From an uncultured delta proteobacterium (GTDB lineage Bacteria; Desulfobacterota; Binatia; UBA9968): DNA of 64,000 nucleotides. Location: NCBI GenBank assembly GCA_963840855.1, contig CAWJBB010000030.1, forward strand, positions 32,001-96,000, written 5' to 3'. The notes under the pieces are model-generated. The model searched no databases. It was not told the DNA's origin and worked only from the letters and a program-made list of their open reading frames with translations. Positions within the stretch are counted from its first letter, which is position 1. Each line of letters starts with the position of its first letter. A program made the translations under genes and the position numbers. Positions 57,920 through 64,000 of the stretch are shown here, in pieces.

Positions 57920-58201
57920 TTAGCGCGAGAGCTTGCGGTTGCTCAAGCGGTAAATGAAGGCGAGGATTTCAGCCACCGCTTTGTAGACCTCGGCAGGCAC
58001 TTCCTGATGGAGATCGAGGCGGGAAAGAATCTGCAAAAGGTTTTTGTCCTGGCGAATGGGGATGTCGTGTTGTCGCGCCAGCTCGAGAATTTTCTCGGCG
58101 AGGTAGCCGCGCCCTTTGCCGGTGATCTTCGGCGCCCGGTCTTTCTTGGGCTCGTAGCGCAGTGCCACCGCTTGTTTTTGCTTGTTCGTCGATGGGTCCA
58201 T
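57920..58201 (-). CDS. FlhB C-terminal-domain-only protein (FlhX/YlqH-like)
   Basis: AVALRY...APKITGKGRG.LAEKI...IP...YKAVAEILAFIY. Confidence 0.92.
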   Translation of the reverse strand: MDPSTNKQKQAVALRYEPKKDRAPKITGKGRGYLAEKILELARQHDIPIRQDKNLLQILSRLDLHQEVPAEVYKAVAEILAFIYRLSNRKLSR

Positions 58202-58202
58202 G

Positions 58203-59375
58203 TCAGGCCTTCATGTCGAGCAGGTGCATCGAAGACGGCGCGCCCACCGCCAGCGCCGCGAATTTTTCCTGCTTCTCTTGCGACAATTCCCTGAGCGGCT
58301 TTGCCGCCAACAGCACATCGCGGTAGCCGAGCGCCATCAGCATTTCACGGAAGCCCGGCAACTCTTGCCGGATCAACCGTAGAGATTCCTCGCGATCTAG
58401 ATAGAACACCGCGCGTAATTCCTTGGCGTCGATATGGGCGTCGATGCGCGTGCGCCCGAAGTTTTCCAAATCGAGGAGAAAGAGCAGGGAGTAGCGGCCT
58501 TTTTCCCTGGCTTGATTGCCCGCCGGACCGTGGCCGTCCTGTTCCACCGCCAGCGCCGCGGTGGAGAACCCGGCGCCGGTGAAAAAAGGAATCTGCATTC
58601 GGAAAGCGCCGCCGTCCAGTTGCGCCACCAGGTTAACGGCTTGCTGGGTCTCAAGATTGTCGAGCTGGGCGCTGAGAGCGTTCTGCAGACCGGCAGAAAA
58701 CGCTCTGGCTTTAGCCTCTTGCAGCGCGGAAAGCAGTAAACCTTTAAGATCGTGATCAGGGATTTCCGGCAACTGCTCGGGATCATGCGCCGCCGCATCG
58801 AAGAGTTTGGCCTCGTAAAAAAGCCCGCCGTCCCGGGCCAGAACTTCGAGCTTCTCCGGAGTGGGCGGTGTACCGCCGGCCAAAAGCGTTGCAATCGAAT
58901 CGCGCAGTTTCGCCAGCTTGTCTGGGGTCGGGGCGGTGTCAGTCCGTGGATCGACGTAGGCGGCCAATTCGAATTGCAAAGAATCCATCAGTTCACCTGA
59001 GTCGGCGTGGGCCGGCAGACGGGTGCGGAGTAACCGCGCTGCTTCGGATTCAATGGTGGGTTCGAGATCGGTGATATGGAGCACGACGTTGGGCTGGAGC
59101 TGCTCTACGCGCAAGCGCACCTGTTGCCCGGCGCCAAGTCCGCCGGGGCCGTCGGCTTCAATCAATGTAGCGCCAATTTTCACCAGCAACCGTCCGCCGT
59201 CCAACTCTTCCAGGACGAGGGCGTCAAGTTCCTGTCCGAGTTCCAGCGGCGGCAACGCGCCGGTTGCCCCATGTTGGGAAACCAGATTGCGCGGCACCCG
59301 GTCGTTGTTGGCCGAGGTTATCTCCTGCCCTTGGACGAGCGGCGCGGAGACGGATTTGGGCGCGTCGATTCTCAC
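58203..59375 (-). CDS. FliK-like protein (hook-length-control C-terminal domain)
   Basis: GLFYEAKL, DLKGLLL, QIPF, LDLENFG; directly upstream of the FlhB-C gene. Confidence 0.75.
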   Translation of the reverse strand: MRIDAPKSVSAPLVQGQEITSANNDRVPRNLVSQHGATGALPPLELGQELDALVLEELDGGRLLVKIGATLIEADGPGGLGAGQQVRLRVEQLQPNVVLHITDLEPTIESEAARLLRTRLPAHADSGELMDSLQFELAAYVDPRTDTAPTPDKLAKLRDSIATLLAGGTPPTPEKLEVLARDGGLFYEAKLFDAAAHDPEQLPEIPDHDLKGLLLSALQEAKARAFSAGLQNALSAQLDNLETQQAVNLVAQLDGGAFRMQIPFFTGAGFSTAALAVEQDGHGPAGNQAREKGRYSLLFLLDLENFGRTRIDAHIDAKELRAVFYLDREESLRLIRQELPGFREMLMALGYRDVLLAAKPLRELSQEKQEKFAALAVGAPSSMHLLDMKA

Positions 59376-59451
59376 CGTTATATTATCGGCACTTTGGGGT
59401 GAACGGTTTACCGCTCGGAACGGCGGCTACTTTTGGCGGGATTCCGGCGTC

Positions 59452-59790
59452 TTAGGCCAGCTTTTCATTCTGGTTTTCCGCGCCGCCTTTTACAATCACC
59501 CGATTGCCGTCGCGGCAGATGTCCAGATCGCAGGGACCGTTAAAGAAAATCATCGTGCGCGGGTGCTCATAGACCGTTGTCTTGTGCGGAATTTCCTCGA
59601 CGTAAATGTCGAAGATCGTGCCTGCAGGCAGGTTGACGGTTTTCGTGTGCATGAGGTCGCCTTCGAAGATAACCTCGATCCAGGAGCGGTTCTCCGAGAC
59701 GGCGAGAATGACACCGGCGGCGTTTTTAATCGTCGCGATCGGTTCTTCAGCGCCAGCGTCATTCATATTGCCAGGATTGAAGCTTTTCAC
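59452..59790 (-). CDS. Hypothetical beta-rich protein
   Basis: 112-aa ORF co-oriented with its neighbours; start uncertain. Confidence 0.6.
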   Translation of the reverse strand: MKSFNPGNMNDAGAEEPIATIKNAAGVILAVSENRSWIEVIFEGDLMHTKTVNLPAGTIFDIYVEEIPHKTTVYEHPRTMIFFNGPCDLDICRDGNRVIVKGGAENQNEKLA

Positions 59791-59881
59791 AGCTTACGCA
59801 ATTTTTCTGCGACACATTAATCACGGCGCTAGCATTCGAGAAATAGCTCTCTCTTTTTTGCGTTCTTTACGGCTAAATCCC

Positions 59882-61411
59882 CTAATTAGCCAGCAACGTC
59901 TGGGCGTCACGGATCGTCTTGCCGGATGACGTGCGCGGCAGCGACTCGCGTATGACAATTCGATCGGGCACTTTGAAGTTAGCCAGATTGGAGCGCAGAA
60001 AAGTCAGCAGTTCTTTCTCAGCGACACTGGCGCCCGACCGCGGCACGACGGCGGCGCCGATCACTTGACCGCGTTTCGGATCAGGGATCGCGAAAACGAT
60101 CGTCTCCTGGACGCCGGGATAAGTGTAAATCAGATTCTCAACCTCCGCCGGATAGACGTTGAGGCCGCCGGTGATAATCATGTCGTCGCGCCGCCCCAGA
60201 TGATAATAATAGCCATCGGCCTCGCCCTTGCCGACATCCCCGGTATGGAGCCATTCGCCGTGGATGCGCTCCGCGGTGGCCGCGGCCTTGCGAAAGTATC
60301 CTTTCATCACGTGCGGGCCGCGAGTGATGATCTCGCCTGGTTCGCCCACGGGAACTTCGTTGCCATTCTCGTCGACGATCCTCACCTCCACTCCGGGAAC
60401 CGCCCGTCCAATGCTGCCCATCTTGGTCACCGCCCGTTCGGGTTCAACCAGCGTGATTAGCGGCGAAGTCTCGGTAAGCCCGTACCCCTGTATGACTTTG
60501 ATATGGGGCTGTGCCTGCTTGAAAGCTTGCAGCAGCGGCAGCGGCACGCTGGTGCCCATCATAGCCGCGATTTTGACGCTGCTGGTATCGTAGTCGGCAA
60601 GGTTTTTTACGCCCAGTATCAATTGAAAAATAATCGGCACGCCTTCGAAAACCGTCACACGGTGTTTCTGAATCCCCTCGAGCAGCGTGATGGGGTTGAA
60701 CTGATCGAAGATCACGAGCGTATAGCCTTTTTCGGCGACTTCGTTGCACACGATGGGTCCAACGATATGTGACATGGGCAGAATGCAGCCGCGCATGGTA
60801 TCGGAATCGGTGACACCCATGTCGCCCATCACCGCCGGGTATTGCGTCAGGTTGTGATAGCTCAAGACCACGCCCTTGGGCTCGCCGGTGGTGCCCGAGG
60901 TGTAAAGAATCAGCGCGTCGTCGCCCGGCTTCAGCTTCGGTGGACTTAAGGAGGTCGCCGGCGCCGCAAATTTTGCCTCGAAGCTCCGTTCACCGGCAGC
61001 GCCGACGATCCACAGGGGGATCCGCGCCATCGCTTTGAACAGCTCCTCGACTTCGGGTAGTAACTGGTTATGCACCACCAAAAGTTTGAGATCGGCATCC
61101 GTCAAGACGTTTTGCAGCTCGATTCCTTTGAGCCGCGCATCGAGGATGACGGTGACGGCGCCGATCTTTTGCGTGGCGTAGTAGCTCAGGGGAATGGCCG
61201 TGGAATTCGGCAAGAGAACGCCCACCCGATCGCCTTGGCGGATGCCCTCCTGTCGCAGATGGCCGGCCAATGCGTGCACGCGCTGATTGAGCGCGGCAAA
61301 AGTAAGCTCTTCTTCCTTGGCGATGATCGCCGTCTTGTTCGGCTTGCGCTCAGCCGTCTTGTCTAACAACTCCGCCGCGTAAAAGCCTACTGAATGGGTA
61401 TCGTTTGCCAT
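59882..61411 (-). CDS. AMP-forming long-chain acyl-CoA ligase family protein
   Basis: YTSGTTGEPKG, GYGLTE, TGD, GRRDDMI, PRTSSGK. Confidence 0.93.
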   Translation of the reverse strand: MANDTHSVGFYAAELLDKTAERKPNKTAIIAKEEELTFAALNQRVHALAGHLRQEGIRQGDRVGVLLPNSTAIPLSYYATQKIGAVTVILDARLKGIELQNVLTDADLKLLVVHNQLLPEVEELFKAMARIPLWIVGAAGERSFEAKFAAPATSLSPPKLKPGDDALILYTSGTTGEPKGVVLSYHNLTQYPAVMGDMGVTDSDTMRGCILPMSHIVGPIVCNEVAEKGYTLVIFDQFNPITLLEGIQKHRVTVFEGVPIIFQLILGVKNLADYDTSSVKIAAMMGTSVPLPLLQAFKQAQPHIKVIQGYGLTETSPLITLVEPERAVTKMGSIGRAVPGVEVRIVDENGNEVPVGEPGEIITRGPHVMKGYFRKAAATAERIHGEWLHTGDVGKGEADGYYYHLGRRDDMIITGGLNVYPAEVENLIYTYPGVQETIVFAIPDPKRGQVIGAAVVPRSGASVAEKELLTFLRSNLANFKVPDRIVIRESLPRTSSGKTIRDAQTLLAN

Positions 61412-62382
61412 AGCGCAAATGCCCTTTGAAATGGTTTATACCAGCGCGAAAGTTGCGCCAGTTCGCCGCGTTTGAGTTTCAATTTTCCCTGCTGAGTGGC
61501 GAGAAACGGATCGATGCGCGCGCGAAATACCGCTTCCCACCACTCAACTTTGCCGCTGATCATGAATTCGCCGCCAGCGCTCGGTAGAAGCTCGGTGATC
61601 TCACCATTCAAATATCGCACCGTCCAGGCGTCATTAGTTTCTTCGAGATGGAGCGTCAACGACGTCGTGAGCGCCGTGTCGGCGCCATGGGCGCGAAATT
61701 GGGAATCTTGATTCGCCGAGTCGACCAGCGCCTGCATGTGTTCCTTGGAGAATAGCGCGAAACGCTCACCCGACGCCGTCGCGGCGGGTTGTTCCGGCCT
61801 TGCGCTTGTCGATGCCGCGGCGGCAATCTCCGCTTTCTCGATAAAGAATTGACACTGCACCGCTTCTTCCAGCAAATCGGTGTAGAGGAACGCCTCCTGG
61901 AAATTCTTGCCGATGGCGACCGTGCCATGACCCTTGATGATCACAACTGGATTGTACCTGAGTGCCTCCACTACTTCTTCGGGTTTGGTCACCGTCGGCG
62001 TGTCCTGCGCAATGACGGACACCTTGCCGATGGTATATTTTTCTTCGTAACTCACGGGCGCGAAGCTGTCGTGGGTGAGAGAAAACGCCAGCACCATCGG
62101 CGGGTGGACATGGACGATCGCTTGGGCATCCGTGCCGTCGTAAACCGCCAAGTGCATCGGTGTCTCGCTCGACGCGCGCAGGCCCTTGCGCGCCGGCTTG
62201 CCATCCGATTTCAGCCTGACCAAATCTTTGGGCGCGAGAAAACCCAGTGGCGCGTGCTGTCCGGTGATCAGAAAATCATTCTTACCGACGCGGCAACTCA
62301 AGTTACCGCCCCAGCCGCTGATGAGCCGCCGCTCGAAGAGCAGCTTGCCCCAGCGAATCATTTCGCTTTCCGGCTTGGCCAT
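61387..62382 (-). CDS. Class II aldolase fused to an SCP2 sterol/lipid-binding domain
   Basis: GGNLS, SSETPMH, VHVHP, IKGHG; C-terminal IDPFLATQQGKLKLKRG. Confidence 0.88.
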   Translation of the reverse strand: MAKPESEMIRWGKLLFERRLISGWGGNLSCRVGKNDFLITGQHAPLGFLAPKDLVRLKSDGKPARKGLRASSETPMHLAVYDGTDAQAIVHVHPPMVLAFSLTHDSFAPVSYEEKYTIGKVSVIAQDTPTVTKPEEVVEALRYNPVVIIKGHGTVAIGKNFQEAFLYTDLLEEAVQCQFFIEKAEIAAAASTSARPEQPAATASGERFALFSKEHMQALVDSANQDSQFRAHGADTALTTSLTLHLEETNDAWTVRYLNGEITELLPSAGGEFMISGKVEWWEAVFRARIDPFLATQQGKLKLKRGELAQLSRWYKPFQRAFALWQTIPIQ

Positions 62383-62395
62383 TCACTAACCCTGA

Positions 62396-63913
62396 CTAAT
62401 CTTTGAACAATCCCCAGGGAACTACTTCCTCCTCAACGGACCGAACGGCAACGCCGGCGGGGCAGATCTTTTTACCCATGAAGGTCGAAACGTCGCTATC
62501 ACGCGGCGAATCGCTGCGTTCGTCGCCGTTGAAGAGTTCGATGGGCACACCATGCAGACGCGCTAGCTGTACGGCTAGGAGCGATCCGCAGATCCCTGTC
62601 GGCCCTGCTTCGCCCAGGCTACCGTAGAAAAGGCAAAGCTTGAGAATCTCCCCCTGGGCGAATAGCGCACCCATCATGTTGTCCGAAATTAAAGTCGTAG
62701 GCACATTGCGCTCGAGCAGATCCCGCGCGACTACCCGGGCGCCCCAGAGCTGTGGCCGCATCTCGGGGACGAGAACGCTCTCAGCCCGATCTGCCTTTAA
62801 CGCGCTAAGCAAGAATGAATATTGACTCTTTGGCGGAACGCCGTAGAGCAAAATATATTTGCCGCTCGCCTCGCTCTGATTGTCATCGGCTTCAACCTTA
62901 CCCTGATACTTCCGGCAAAAAGATTCCGGCGTGTAGAGATCGTCGAAGCCGACTAAGTGCGTGATCAACGCCGCCGGCGTCATATCGAACGATGGGTAAC
63001 GCGCGCTAAGCCCGCTTAGCCCTCCGGCAACCAGCGGTTGTCCGTCAAAAATCAGCAACTCATGAGCCGGGCGCTCCTCGATACGCACGTCGGTACCGCG
63101 TTCAAGCGAGCGTGGATCTTGTACCAGAGCGTGGAAAGGCACGCCGTACTCCTTTGCCAGCCGCGCGATGGGGTAGGTGCCAACCTTGTTGATGATGTCG
63201 CCATTGCGCGCCGTACGATCCGCGCCGACGATCACGCCGTTGACTTCGCCGTTGGCCATCACTTGCGCGATCGCACAATCGGGGATCGACGACACTGGCA
63301 CGCCCGCTTGTGCGAGTTCCCAAGCGGTCAACCGCGTGCCTTGTAAGTAAGGCCGCGTCTCGGTGGCGATCACGCTGAATTCTTTCCCAAGCTCTTTGCA
63401 ATGCCGCGCCACCGCGACCAATTCGCCGCTCACGTTACAGTGCGTCAGCACGCGGGCCGGATTTGGTAAGATTGCGGCTGCGCGCTTGGCCCGCGCGTGG
63501 CGCCCGCGCACGATCTGCTGGGCCAACTCGAGCGCCTGGCGCGCGATGGTTTCGCCGGCGCCCGCGTCCTGCGGCAACTTCTTACACCATTCTTCGAAGT
63601 AAGAACCCAGGCCCTGGAAATCGAAAGTTGGCCGGGCCGCGCAAAACTGCTCCGTCATCTGGGACAGGCTCCGGCTGAGCGGCGCGGCGTCCACGCCAGA
63701 GTAATTTTGCGCCACCAAGGCGCCGCTGTAAAGAAAGGTCAGTACCTGGCCGAAGGCACGGGTCTTCATGTCGCGCACGGCATCCAGTGCCTGGGCGACT
63801 TCGCTAACATGAATGTACTCAATCTTCTCGGGAACTTGAATTTCGTCGAGAATTTCAAAGCCCCGCCCGCGCCACAGAACCGGCTCGAACAGGGGGCTTT
63901 GAGCGGCGCTCAT
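62396..63913 (-). CDS. MtnA-like (eIF-2B family) ribose-1-phosphate isomerase with an extra degenerate C-terminal domain
   Basis: ARPT, LTHCN, ETRPYLQGTRLTAWEL, VGADR, NKVGTY, PSFDMTP; second copy EMRPQLWGAR. Confidence 0.88.
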   Translation of the reverse strand: MSAAQSPLFEPVLWRGRGFEILDEIQVPEKIEYIHVSEVAQALDAVRDMKTRAFGQVLTFLYSGALVAQNYSGVDAAPLSRSLSQMTEQFCAARPTFDFQGLGSYFEEWCKKLPQDAGAGETIARQALELAQQIVRGRHARAKRAAAILPNPARVLTHCNVSGELVAVARHCKELGKEFSVIATETRPYLQGTRLTAWELAQAGVPVSSIPDCAIAQVMANGEVNGVIVGADRTARNGDIINKVGTYPIARLAKEYGVPFHALVQDPRSLERGTDVRIEERPAHELLIFDGQPLVAGGLSGLSARYPSFDMTPAALITHLVGFDDLYTPESFCRKYQGKVEADDNQSEASGKYILLYGVPPKSQYSFLLSALKADRAESVLVPEMRPQLWGARVVARDLLERNVPTTLISDNMMGALFAQGEILKLCLFYGSLGEAGPTGICGSLLAVQLARLHGVPIELFNGDERSDSPRDSDVSTFMGKKICPAGVAVRSVEEEVVPWGLFKD

Positions 63914-63926
63914 AACTTCAGTAGGC

Positions 63927-63998
63927 GTTCAAGTCGTTCAAATAGTTCCAATCGTTCAAAACGTTTTGAACGACTTGAACGGCTTGAACGTTTTGAAC
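63927..63998. repeat. Palindromic array of 9-mers (4x GTTCAAnnn, then 4x nnnTTGAAC)
   Basis: Centred on the perfect palindrome gttcaaaacgttttgaac. Confidence 0.85.
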
Positions 63999-64000
63999 GG

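Noticed and set aside
56936-61411. NRPS/PKS cluster suggested by the PPTase and the AMP ligase
   Set aside because: No carrier protein, KS or condensation domain, and unrelated genes plus a repeat separate the two.
63927-63998. CRISPR array
   Set aside because: Units are 9 bp with no unique spacers, and no cas genes are present.

Overview
Bacterial chromosomal window, roughly 58% GC by eye. The gene style (large solute-binding-protein families, Rieske oxygenases, short intergenic 7-/9-mer repeats) suggests Candidatus Binatia/Binatota; this is inferred, not proven. 1-6.1 kb holds a tandem array of four paralogous ABC_sub_bind-type solute-binding proteins (one broken) interleaved with two toxin-antitoxin modules. 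6.3-18.6 kb is an aromatic/heteroaromatic catabolism and uptake island: two Rieske oxygenases, RidA proteins including a single-chain triple RidA, an MhpC-like hydrolase and several SBP-fold proteins. The rest is mostly housekeeping: TPP riboswitch-thiS-thiG-thiE, holA, dacA, pepF, ychF, degQ, ribBA, panE, moxR, mltG, glgP and a PaoABC-like molybdoenzyme. The best candidate for an undescribed system is the operon at 59.9-63.9 kb. It encodes an MtnA-like isomerase with a remodelled 5'-substituent pocket and a duplicated domain, a class II aldolase fused to an SCP2 lipid-binding domain, and an acyl-CoA ligase, which together suggest a lipid-adapted DHAP shunt. Other signals are apparent leaderless genes, a contracted CXCH heme motif, a REP doublet read in frame inside a gene, and several frameshifted genes that may be assembly indels. 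No rRNA, tRNA, CRISPR array, integrase or transposase was seen.
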